This document shows positions 8,245 to 17,162 of a DNA stretch of 64,000 bases, piece after piece. Numbering within the stretch: position 1 is the stretch's first letter; each line of letters opens with the position of its first letter. The DNA is from Candidatus Eiseniibacteriota bacterium (GTDB taxonomy: Bacteria > ARS69). The notes under the pieces were generated by a model. It was not told the DNA's origin. It did not search any database and was given only the letters and a program-made list of their open reading frames with translations. The position numbers and the translations under genes were made by a program. The stretch is from contig JBQTGV010000001.1 in the NCBI GenBank assembly GCA_052390515.1, positions 1-64,000 of the forward strand. Reading direction: 5' to 3'.

Positions 8245-10863
8245 GTGATGATCCTGCTCCGCCCCTCGCTCGCCGCGGCCATCGTGCTGCTGCTCGCCGG
8301 AACCGCCGCCTCGACACCCTTCTCCCCCGCCTCGCTCGACTCGACCATCGAGGCCTGTCTTCTCGAGGTGAGCGCGGACAGCCTGGAGAGCTACATCCAG
8401 GCGATGCAGGACTTCACGACGAGACACACGAACTCGGACACGACGTCGTCGACCGCGGGGATCGGGGCCGCGCGTCGATGGGTGCACGCGAAGTTCACCG
8501 AGTTCGCGAACCAGGGCGGCAACATCACCGCGAGCTACCACACCTTCAACGGAACGATCGGCGGCATCACCAAGGCGCACCGCAACGTCGTCGGCGAGAT
8601 TCCCGGGACCGCGCCCGCCTCCGAGCGCCGCATCTACGTGATCGGCGGGCATCTGGACAGCCGGAACGAGAACGTCAACGACTCGCTGGGTACGGCGTAC
8701 GGCGCCGACGACGATGCGAGCGGCGTGGCCTGCCTACTGGAGGCCGCCCGCGTCATGTCGACCCGAAGCTGGCCGCACACGCTGCGCTTCATCGCCTTCA
8801 CCGGCGAGGAGCAGGGACTTTTCGGCTCGGGGGCATACGCCCGCGACGCCTTCTTCGCCGGCGAGGCGATCGCCGCCATGCTCAACAACGACACCATGGC
8901 GAGCACGATCGGGATGCCGTCGCCGGACAGCACCGTCGTGCAGACGGACACGACCCTCGCTCGGGTATTCGCCGACATTCCGGCGGAGGGTCCGCACCGG
9001 CAGTTCCAGCGGTACCTGACCGCCATGGGCAACGCTTACGTACCGGTCCAGAACATCGTCGTCATCCCGGCGGTGGACCGTCCGGGGCGCGGCGGCGATC
9101 ACCAGTCGTTCAACGCGAATGGCTTCACCGCCATCCGCTACATGGAATACCTGGAGGAGACCTGGCGGCAGCACACCGCTCTCGGCGACACCCTCGGAGC
9201 GCACCTCGACATGAACTACTGCCGGCGCAACGCACAGGTGGACGTGGCCACGCTCGGGAACCTGGCGGCCTCTCCGGTCTCGCCGTCCGGGTTCACCGTC
9301 GCGGACGTGGGGGACTCCACCGGCTTCCGCCTCGTGTGGCCGAGCACTGCCGGTGCCGCCGGTTACCTCATCACGCAGCGGCTGCCGGCCAGCCTGGATT
9401 ACGACGTGGTGACCGACGTCGGGCTGGTCAACCAGCAGGTGGTCGCGCCGCTCTCAGACAGCGTGTGGTTCGGGCTGTCCGCGTACGACTCCGAGGGTCA
9501 TCGGGCGCTCGTGCTCGAGGAGAAGCTCGGCGTGCTGTCGTCCATCCCGGTCGCGCCGGTGAACGTCGCCGCTTCCCCGGACGGCGACTCCATCCTCCTG
9601 ACCTGGACACCGAACGCCGAGGCCGACGTGCTCGGCTATCACGTGCATCGCTCCACGACACCGGGGTCCGGCTACGTGCAGATCACCGGGAGCCCCGTTG
9701 CGTCTGCTGCGTTCGACGACGCGACCGCGCTGGCACAGACGAAGTACTACTACGTCGTGACCGCGGTCGATGCGTCGCTCAACGCCAGCGGCTTCTCCCA
9801 GGAGGTGTTCGGGCAGCTCGTGTCCCTCGACGCCGGTATCCTCTTCGTGGACGAGACGAAGGTCGGCGCGACCGCGTGGTTCCCGAACGACGCGCTGGCG
9901 GACTCGGTGTACGCCGTGATGATGACGATTGCGCACGACGTCTGGGACGTGGACGCGCTGGGGGTGCCCTCGCTCTCCGACCTCGGTCCGTACTCGTCGG
10001 TGATGTGGATCGCCGACGACTTCACGAGCACCTTCCAGGGCGCGCCGATCATCACGCAGTTCCTGCCGGACGCCGAGACGACGCTCGAGCAGTACATGGA
10101 CCTGGGCGGCAACGTGATGCTCGCGGGATGGGAGTCGGCGAAGGGCTTCGCTCCGATCGGCAGCTACCCGTTCGATCTGGGAGCCGGCGATTTCCTCTAC
10201 GACCGATTCGGCGTGGACGACGTGAGCTCGAAGACGCAGCAGAGGTTCAACGGCGGAGTCGGGCAGGGGTTCTTCGCCGACGTGGCGCTCGAGCCGCTGC
10301 GGCTCTCCGGCGCGTGGACCGGCCGGCTGACCCGCGTCGAGTACGTGACCGCCGCGCGTCCCGACGCGAACGTCGGTTATCTATTCGATTCGGACGATCC
10401 GGACTCCGCGTATCACCTGGCGCCGTGCGCCCTGTACCGCGACGGGGGGAGCTATCGGGCCGTCTGGTGGGGCTTTCCGCTGTACCACCTGAGCACCGCC
10501 GACGCGCAGTCCGCGATCGTCGCGGCGATGACCTACTTCGGCGAGCTGCCTCCCACCGGGGCTCCCGACGTGGCGCGCTCCGGTGCGCTTTCGCTGCACC
10601 AGAACCGCCCGAACCCATTCCGGGACGCCACCACCATCCGCTACAGCGTCTTCGGGGAGCAGGCCGACGTCGAGCTGGCGATCTTCGATCTGGCCGGAAG
10701 GCGCGTGCACACGCTGGTCTCCGGCAAGGTACCCGGCGGCCTGCACGATGCCGTCTGGCAGGGTCGTAACGACGACGGGCAGCGCGTCGCGTCGGGAGTG
10801 TACTTCTATCGGTTGAAGGGCGAGAACCGGACGGTCACCAAGAAGCTGATGCTGCTGCGCTGA
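8245..10863 (+). CDS. Secreted M28 metallopeptidase with FN3-like domains and a FlgD-Ig/T9SS-like C-terminal domain
   Basis: Signal peptide; GGHLDS, GADDDASG, FTGEEQGLFGS, LNNDTM, GDHQSF; C-terminal QNRPNPF...IFDLAGRRV...SGVYFYRL...TKKLMLLR. Confidence 0.88.
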   Translation: MMILLRPSLAAAIVLLLAGTAASTPFSPASLDSTIEACLLEVSADSLESYIQAMQDFTTRHTNSDTTSSTAGIGAARRWVHAKFTEFANQGGNITASYHTFNGTIGGITKAHRNVVGEIPGTAPASERRIYVIGGHLDSRNENVNDSLGTAYGADDDASGVACLLEAARVMSTRSWPHTLRFIAFTGEEQGLFGSGAYARDAFFAGEAIAAMLNNDTMASTIGMPSPDSTVVQTDTTLARVFADIPAEGPHRQFQRYLTAMGNAYVPVQNIVVIPAVDRPGRGGDHQSFNANGFTAIRYMEYLEETWRQHTALGDTLGAHLDMNYCRRNAQVDVATLGNLAASPVSPSGFTVADVGDSTGFRLVWPSTAGAAGYLITQRLPASLDYDVVTDVGLVNQQVVAPLSDSVWFGLSAYDSEGHRALVLEEKLGVLSSIPVAPVNVAASPDGDSILLTWTPNAEADVLGYHVHRSTTPGSGYVQITGSPVASAAFDDATALAQTKYYYVVTAVDASLNASGFSQEVFGQLVSLDAGILFVDETKVGATAWFPNDALADSVYAVMMTIAHDVWDVDALGVPSLSDLGPYSSVMWIADDFTSTFQGAPIITQFLPDAETTLEQYMDLGGNVMLAGWESAKGFAPIGSYPFDLGAGDFLYDRFGVDDVSSKTQQRFNGGVGQGFFADVALEPLRLSGAWTGRLTRVEYVTAARPDANVGYLFDSDDPDSAYHLAPCALYRDGGSYRAVWWGFPLYHLSTADAQSAIVAAMTYFGELPPTGAPDVARSGALSLHQNRPNPFRDATTIRYSVFGEQADVELAIFDLAGRRVHTLVSGKVPGGLHDAVWQGRNDDGQRVASGVYFYRLKGENRTVTKKLMLLR

Positions 10864-10934
10864 CCCGCCGAGGCGGCCCGGCTTCTACTTCGCGAAGCTC
10901 CTGCTCGGATCCAAGGTGCGGGCGACGAAGCTCG

Positions 10935-13424
10935 TCATCGTGGACTTGGAGCGGAGAACACCGCGGGTTGCTCCCGCAGGACCTGCTCCACGCGGCCGGC
11001 GATCAGCTCGTGTCCGGTCGCATTGGGATGCTCGTCCCACTCGCCGAGCCAGAGCGAAGAGAGATCGCGGCCGTCCCAGACGTCGGCGAGGTCCACGATG
11101 ACGAATCCGGCCTGCTGCGCGAGCTCGAGAAGCAGCGCGTGGGCCTGTTCCTTCTCCCGCTCCCCGGTGGTGGGCAGGAACATCCAGATCGGTGCGACGC
11201 CGCGCTCGCGGCACTTGCGCACGAACTCGCCGTAGGTCCACGTCAGGATCTCCCGCGCGACGCCGTGCAGCCGGCGTTCGGCGATGGCCTCCGGCGTGTC
11301 CGGCCCCACGCCGGCGCCCCGCGCGGCTTCCGCCACGGGCTCGTAGGGGATCGGTACTCCGAGCCGCAGCGCGTCGGACACGTCCCGGAACGACTTCGCG
11401 TCGATCTCCCGCGCCATGAAGATCACCGCGTCCGGGTCGAACCCGAGCGCGCGCTGCTCGAGCGCGGCCAGCCGCTGAACGGTCCGGTAGCCCCCCACCG
11501 AGAAGTTCAGCACCTCGTAGCTCACGTAATCCGGCGCCGGCGGATCCTCGGCGAGACTGCCCTCGAGGAGCGCCTGCCACGTCTCCTGCTCTTCGACGCC
11601 CAGGCCTACGCCGTAGGAGTCGCCGATCAGAGCGATCCGGAAGCACCCCTCGGGCTTGACCTGCGCGTACTCTCGATCCCGCATGCCCCACTGGTTCATG
11701 CGCGTCATCAGGCCCTTCGCCTTCAGCTCGATCCCGGGAACGTGCTCGCGGTACAGGAAGTCTCCGGTGAGGCGATACATCTCGTCCGGATCTCCCGCCC
11801 AGTCCGGCGGCTCCTTCATGTACAGCTCCCACAACTGCGAGTTGATCCTCTCGACGCCGAGCAGCTCCTCGTAGTAGCCGCGCTGCAGGAGCGCGAGGTC
11901 CCCTTGGCTGAGGCGGGACTCTCGCAGCGAAAGCACGACGTCCGCGACCGTCTTGCCGAACTTCGAGTAGACGCTGTAGTGGCCGACGACGGATACGAGG
12001 ACGAGCGCGAACGACGTCGCCGCCGCGGAGCGCCAGAAGAGCAGCTTGTCGCCGGATACGCGCGGAGCGGGCACGCGGCCGGCCAACCACCGCGCGAGCG
12101 TTCCTCCGGCGAGGAGCAGCACGACGACGGCGGCCACCGGGCCCGTACCTCCCAGCGGATCCTCGGACGCCGAGCCCCAGAGGGCCAGCCAGGCCGCGAG
12201 AGAGCCCGCGGTCCACACCGACCACAGTACGCAGACGAGCGCGAAGATCCCCAGTGTCCGCAGCGCCAGGAGGAAGGAGTCGCGGAGGCTCCACGCCGCG
12301 GCGGTGAGGCTTCGCCGCCGCCCGTGAGCCGCCTCGTGCAGCGAGTTCACGACGACGAGCAGCCCGAGCAGGGACCAGAACAGTATGTCGGGCGCTGTCA
12401 CCGGGAACGACCCCCGGAGCCAGAACCACTGGTACGAGTGGAGAGCCCAGGTGACGACGAAGACCGCGACGGTGGCGAGAACCATGGCCGGCGTGGGGCC
12501 GAGCGCCTTCATGCGGAAGAACGCCGGCATGTAGAAGACCTTCACCATGAAGTCCTTCCAGTAGATGTTGATCCGCCGCCAGTAGTCGGTGAGGCTCGAA
12601 GCGAGCACGTACAGCCGGTTCGTCTCCGGCAGATCGAATCCGAACAGACACAGCATTCCGACGACGAGGTGGAACTGGCCGGAGATGCGCAGGTAGAGCA
12701 GGTAGTTGGCCACGAGGAAGCGTGCCAGGTCGCCGCCGCTCGCCACCTGGTCCATCGAGATCGAGAACCAGTAGTACACGAGCCGGTAGAGCACGAGGTG
12801 CAGGAAGCCCCGAAACATCCACTGCATTCCCTTCTGGGCGACGCGCAGCGGGTCCGCGGCGCCGTCCGAGCGTGCGAACGTCGCCCAGTCGACGACCGGG
12901 AAGAGCGGGAAGCAGACGTTGGGGAGCAGGAAGAAGTAGGAGACGCGCTTCCAGAACGAGACCGGAGCGCGCTCGTGTCGCAGGTCGTACAGATACACGA
13001 TCATCCGGAACATGAACATCGAGCCGAGGATCGGCCAGACCGCCGCGGACCACGGCACCGGGGCCGCACCCGCGCGGAGCGCCACGAGAACAGCGCCGGC
13101 GGCGATGACGGCCGCCACCCGGACGGCGAAGCGTGCCGGCAGGTGGCAGAGCCCGAGCAGCGCCAGCCCCGTGCCCACCAGCCAGACCGCTTCCTTCGGC
13201 CCCAGCACCCAGCCGATCCCGCCGATGGACAGCAGGGCGAAGAAGGCCGTCCGGAGGCGGCGCGGCAAGAGCGCGTGCACCAGGAAACCCGCCGCAGCGA
13301 GCTTCACGATCTGGTGCAGGGCGACGCTCTCGGGGTGGAAGCGGCGCTCGAAGACGAAGAGCAGGAGCGCGAGCTGCCCGGCCAGGGCGAGGTACCGCAA
13401 GGGGCGAGTCCAGGGCACGGGCAT
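10935..13424 (-). CDS. MBOAT O-acyltransferase (AlgI/DltB-like) fused to a C-terminal SGNH domain
   Basis: Multi-TM N-half with YLRISG, DYWRRINIYWKDF and WALHSY (candidate catalytic His); C-terminal LIGDSY, NFSVGGY, DEHPNATGH. Confidence 0.82.
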   Translation of the reverse strand: MPVPWTRPLRYLALAGQLALLLFVFERRFHPESVALHQIVKLAAAGFLVHALLPRRLRTAFFALLSIGGIGWVLGPKEAVWLVGTGLALLGLCHLPARFAVRVAAVIAAGAVLVALRAGAAPVPWSAAVWPILGSMFMFRMIVYLYDLRHERAPVSFWKRVSYFFLLPNVCFPLFPVVDWATFARSDGAADPLRVAQKGMQWMFRGFLHLVLYRLVYYWFSISMDQVASGGDLARFLVANYLLYLRISGQFHLVVGMLCLFGFDLPETNRLYVLASSLTDYWRRINIYWKDFMVKVFYMPAFFRMKALGPTPAMVLATVAVFVVTWALHSYQWFWLRGSFPVTAPDILFWSLLGLLVVVNSLHEAAHGRRRSLTAAAWSLRDSFLLALRTLGIFALVCVLWSVWTAGSLAAWLALWGSASEDPLGGTGPVAAVVVLLLAGGTLARWLAGRVPAPRVSGDKLLFWRSAAATSFALVLVSVVGHYSVYSKFGKTVADVVLSLRESRLSQGDLALLQRGYYEELLGVERINSQLWELYMKEPPDWAGDPDEMYRLTGDFLYREHVPGIELKAKGLMTRMNQWGMRDREYAQVKPEGCFRIALIGDSYGVGLGVEEQETWQALLEGSLAEDPPAPDYVSYEVLNFSVGGYRTVQRLAALEQRALGFDPDAVIFMAREIDAKSFRDVSDALRLGVPIPYEPVAEAARGAGVGPDTPEAIAERRLHGVAREILTWTYGEFVRKCRERGVAPIWMFLPTTGEREKEQAHALLLELAQQAGFVIVDLADVWDGRDLSSLWLGEWDEHPNATGHELIAGRVEQVLREQPAVFSAPSPR

Positions 13425-13528
13425 CCTCGGGTCCGGTCCGTTCCGCCCCCGGGGGTCCGTGGGTCGGGCAGGGTGATCTTACGGTATCGGATCGCGCGGC
13501 GGAAACCCCCGGCACGGCGCGGGCCGGA

Positions 13529-15304
13529 TCACCGAGGCGCTCCGGTCGCGGGCGCGCCGAGGTAGACGGCGGCCAGATCACCGGCGAGCCGGCGGTGGGC
13601 GTCGCCGTCTCGCCCCGCACGCCGCAGGTACTCGGCGCAGCGCTCGTGGACATTCACCCAGAGCGCGGCCAGCTGCCGCTCCTCCCCGGTGAGCGTCCGA
13701 CCCGCCGCAGGTGCGCGCAGCCAGCTCGGCGCGACGCGCATCCCCTCCTGCAGCAGGCGCGCGGCTTCGCCCCATTCCCCGCGCGCCGCCGCGTCCTGCG
13801 ACCGGGGCTCGTAGAAGGTCTGGAGCGGAACCGCGCAGTCGACCGGACCGATCCTCTCCTGGCCGGCGGGCAGAGGTCGCGCGACGAACAGTGCGACGAG
13901 CGCCGTGCCGGCCAGCGCGGCGCCGGAGGAGAGCCAGCGACCCTCGCGGATCCAGTGCGCCGTTCGCACGAGGGCGAAGCCGGCGAAGGGAAGGAGCAGC
14001 GGGACGAGACCGATGCGCAGCCGCGAGTTGTGCTCGAAGGCGACCAGCGTCGCCAGGGAGCCGACGACCGCCAGGGTGAGCGGCCAGGCCGGGGCGATGA
14101 GCCGGCGGCCGGCCATCACGAGTCCGAGCAGCGCCAACGGCGCGGCGAACACGAAGCGCACCGGGAGCGCGCGCAGCACCGCGGCGCCGGCCTCGTAGGC
14201 GTGGAAGTTGACGTTGCTCGGGATCTCGTACCAGTGCCAGACGTGCAGGAACTTCCGCCCGAGGTACTCGGCGAAGTCGGCGGCGGAGCCGTGGGACCGG
14301 ATCGTCGCGGCGAGAGCGGGAAGGAGCCTTCCGCCGGACTGCTCGATCGCTTCGCCGTAGTCGGCGAACTCGTGCACGGCCGACCCGACGCGCACTTCCG
14401 CGGGTGCGAGACTGGTGAACGGGTTGGCCAGCCCGGGACCGGCGAGCGAGAACGGATCCGCGCCGACCATCGCGTTCCGGACGACGACCGGCGCCAGGCA
14501 GCAGACGACGCCGAGCACGAGGGCGGCGGCGAACCGCACGGCCTGACCCGGCCGGCGCCGGTGGGTCCAGCCCACGTATGCGAGCGCGCCGAGCACAATC
14601 GGAGCGAAGACCGACTTCAGCAGGAGCGCGGCTCCGCATCCCAGCCCGGCGATCAGCCAGGAGCGCAGGTCGTCGCGGCGCGCCGCGCGCAGGAGCAGCA
14701 CGACGAGCCCGATCCCCGCGAACGCGAGGAGCGCTTCCCGGAGGAGGACGAACTCGTAGAACAGGAGCGGCGCGTAGCCGACCGCCAGCAGGCCGGCCAC
14801 GAAGCCGGCCGGCTCGCCGAAGCAGCGCGCGGCGGCCGCATGGATCAGCAGGACCGTACCGATCCCGACCAGCACCTGCCAGGCGAACACCCAGCGCATG
14901 TCGTCGCCGAGGAGCCGGATGGAGGCCGCCACGAGGTACGTGTAGAGCGGCTCCTGGTAGTAGCGCTTCTCCCCGAGCCAACGCTCCCAGAGGAGAACCT
15001 CCGGGCCGAAGACGCCGCGCTCGGCGGCCGCGCGAGCGAGCGCTTCGCTTTCGCCCGGATGCCGGTCGAGGTACTCCCGCGCGACCTGCAGGCGCCAGCG
15101 GTGTCCGATCGGATGGAACGTGCCGTTCAGCAGCACGTCGCCCTCGACGATGCGTGTCGCCAGCTCGTGGAAGAAGTGCATGTCGCTCTGGTCCCACCGG
15201 TGCGCGGTCGAAGCGGGACCCGACGCGAGCCCCTGCCAGGCGAACACACGGGCGAGGGCGGCGAGGACCAAGAGGACGACCGCCGGGCGAAGCCGTGAGC
15301 GCAT
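13529..15304 (-). CDS. GT-C membrane glycosyltransferase (ArnT/PMT, GT39-like)
   Basis: Start re-called at MRSRLRPAVVLL; DMHFFHELA, YYQEPLYTY, FYEFVLLRE, alternating TM helices, short helical C-tail. Confidence 0.72.
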   Translation of the reverse strand: MRSRLRPAVVLLVLAALARVFAWQGLASGPASTAHRWDQSDMHFFHELATRIVEGDVLLNGTFHPIGHRWRLQVAREYLDRHPGESEALARAAAERGVFGPEVLLWERWLGEKRYYQEPLYTYLVAASIRLLGDDMRWVFAWQVLVGIGTVLLIHAAAARCFGEPAGFVAGLLAVGYAPLLFYEFVLLREALLAFAGIGLVVLLLRAARRDDLRSWLIAGLGCGAALLLKSVFAPIVLGALAYVGWTHRRRPGQAVRFAAALVLGVVCCLAPVVVRNAMVGADPFSLAGPGLANPFTSLAPAEVRVGSAVHEFADYGEAIEQSGGRLLPALAATIRSHGSAADFAEYLGRKFLHVWHWYEIPSNVNFHAYEAGAAVLRALPVRFVFAAPLALLGLVMAGRRLIAPAWPLTLAVVGSLATLVAFEHNSRLRIGLVPLLLPFAGFALVRTAHWIREGRWLSSGAALAGTALVALFVARPLPAGQERIGPVDCAVPLQTFYEPRSQDAAARGEWGEAARLLQEGMRVAPSWLRAPAAGRTLTGEERQLAALWVNVHERCAEYLRRAGRDGDAHRRLAGDLAAVYLGAPATGAPR

Positions 15305-15396
15305 GGCGCGGATGGTCGGCGATGCAGGTGCCCCGGACAAGGCGGGACTGGGCGAGCACCCCTTGAGCAGGATCCGGCCCTCCCCTATGCTGCGCC

Positions 15397-16656
15397 GTGG
15401 CTCTTCCCGTCCCTCCGCCGCCTCCGCATCTGCCGCTCGTTCCTCCGGACGAGCTGGCCCGGCGTGCCGCCGCGTTCGCGGCCAAGCTCCGCCACGATCG
15501 CTTCGACGGGGCGTTCCTGCTGCACCCGTCCAGCACGTTCTGGATCTCGGGGACTCTGGCGCAGGGATGGCCGTTCGTGGACGCCGGCGGAGCCGCCTTC
15601 CTTCCTCTCCGCGGGAGCCTGGGCCGGGCCGCCCACGAATCGCCGTTGCCGCAGGCGCCGGTGCGCCGAACCGCGGATCTGCCCGGCGTGCTCGCCGAAC
15701 TGGGTGCGCAGCCCGCCGAGCGGATCGGAGTCGAGCTCGACGTGGTGCCGGTCGCGGCATTCGAATCCCTGAAGCGCGCCTTCCCGGACGCGGAGCTCGT
15801 GGACGTGTCCGATCTCGTGCGCGAGGCGCGCGCGGTCAAGTCCGCCTACGAGGTCTCCTGGATCGAGAGGGCAGGCCGCATCGTCGGTCGCGCGATGGAC
15901 GAAGCACTGCCAGCGCGCGTGCACCCGGGCGTCCCGGAGATCGAGCTGATGGCCTTCCTCGAAGGGACGATGCGTGCCGACCGCCATCAGGGGATCGTGC
16001 GCATGCGGCGCTGGAACCTGGAGATGCACTACGGCACGGTCAGCGCCGGCGCGTCTGCGGCGTACCCCTGCTACTTCGACGGGCCGGACGGCCTCGAGGG
16101 GCTCTACCCCGCCGTGCAACAGGGCGGAGGCGAACGTCGCATCGAGCGGAACGTGCCCGTGCTCGTCGACTTCGTGGGTGCGGCCGGGGGGTACCTGGCC
16201 GACCGGACCCGGGTCTTCTGTGTCGGCAGTCCGCCGGCGGAGGCGAATGCCGCCCACGACTTCTGCCGAGAGGTCCTGGCCGTCGTCACTTCAGGGCTTC
16301 GCCCCGGTGCCGTACCCTCCGCCGTCTACGCCGAGGCGATGAACCTCGTGGCGCGTTCGCCCTGGGCGGACCGGTTCATGGGTTGGGGCGAGAACCAGGT
16401 CGGGTTCATCGGACACGGCATCGGAATCGACCTCGACGAGCTCCCGGTCGTTGCGCCGCGCTTCGACGCGCCGCTCGAGGTCGGGAACGTGCTCGCCGTC
16501 GAGCCGAAGGTCGTCCTGGGCGGCGCGGGTGCTGTCGGCGTGGAGAACACCTACGTCGTCACCGAGGACGGATGCCGGAACCTCACGCCCGGACCCGAGG
16601 AGATTCGCATCGTCGGCGCCGCTCGGGAGCGGTACCTTGGGTCGGCCCATGAGTGA
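15397..16656 (+). CDS. M24 Xaa-Pro peptidase family protein
   Basis: RAVKSAYE, VDFVG, GYLADRTR, GHGIGIDLDE, AVEPK, GVENTYVVT. Confidence 0.9.
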   Translation: MALPVPPPPPHLPLVPPDELARRAAAFAAKLRHDRFDGAFLLHPSSTFWISGTLAQGWPFVDAGGAAFLPLRGSLGRAAHESPLPQAPVRRTADLPGVLAELGAQPAERIGVELDVVPVAAFESLKRAFPDAELVDVSDLVREARAVKSAYEVSWIERAGRIVGRAMDEALPARVHPGVPEIELMAFLEGTMRADRHQGIVRMRRWNLEMHYGTVSAGASAAYPCYFDGPDGLEGLYPAVQQGGGERRIERNVPVLVDFVGAAGGYLADRTRVFCVGSPPAEANAAHDFCREVLAVVTSGLRPGAVPSAVYAEAMNLVARSPWADRFMGWGENQVGFIGHGIGIDLDELPVVAPRFDAPLEVGNVLAVEPKVVLGGAGAVGVENTYVVTEDGCRNLTPGPEEIRIVGAARERYLGSAHE

Positions 16657-17029
16657 ACCGCTCTTCACGCCGGCTCGCGCCAACCGTGCGCTTCCTCTGG
16701 TGCGCCGGATCGTCGCGGATATCCTCGACCGCTCGCGCGAGCTTCGGGGGCGCGCCGCGCTCGCCGACGACCCCCGCGCCGACCCCGAGTTGCGGGCCCT
16801 CGAGCGCGAGATCGGTGAGCTGGTGAGCGAGCTCCGCAACCTCGGCTGCGAGTTCAAGGACCCGAGCTTCGAGGCCGGTCTCGTCGACTTCCCCGCCGAG
16901 ATCGGCGGCAGGCCGGTGTGGCTCTGCTGGCGAAGCGACGAGGACCAGGTCACGCACTACCACGGCCGTGACGAGGGCTTCGCCTCGAGGAAGCGCATCC
17001 CCGACCACCTCCTGCGCGACCCCGAGTAA
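16649..17029 (+). CDS. DUF2203-like protein
   Basis: FTPARANRALPLV...GCEFKD...GLVDFP...VWLCWRSDE...HYHG..EGFASRK. Overlaps the end of the peptidase gene. Confidence 0.8.
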   Translation: MSEPLFTPARANRALPLVRRIVADILDRSRELRGRAALADDPRADPELRALEREIGELVSELRNLGCEFKDPSFEAGLVDFPAEIGGRPVWLCWRSDEDQVTHYHGRDEGFASRKRIPDHLLRDPE

Positions 17030-17038
17030 GCCTCGGGA

Positions 17039-17071
17039 GGGGGAGACCCCGTCCGGAAGGGGGGTTCCTCC
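17039..17071 (+). terminator. GC-rich imperfect hairpin downstream of the DUF2203 gene
   Basis: GGGGGAGACCCC pairs with GGGGTTCCTCC with one bulge; no U-tract. Confidence 0.3.
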
Positions 17072-17116
17072 GCGGAGCGTCCGATCCCCGGGGCGCACTC
17101 AACGCAGACCTTCGCG

Positions 17117-17132
17117 AATCCGATATCGGATT
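17117..17132. promoter_or_regulatory. Perfect 16-bp palindrome, candidate operator
   Basis: AATCCGATATCGGATT is its own reverse complement, is AT-rich against the background, and lies 30 bp upstream of the ATG at 17163. Confidence 0.55.
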
Positions 17133-17162
17133 GCCTGCTTCCTGCGAAACCCGGGAGGGGTC

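Noticed and set aside
5925-10769. 1614-aa ORF and many other long Arg/Gly/Ala/Pro-rich ORFs (for example 4987-7632, 16950-19991, 40658-45625)
   Set aside because: Shadow or antisense frames of well-supported genes; stop codons are scarce at this GC content and the translations have no motifs.
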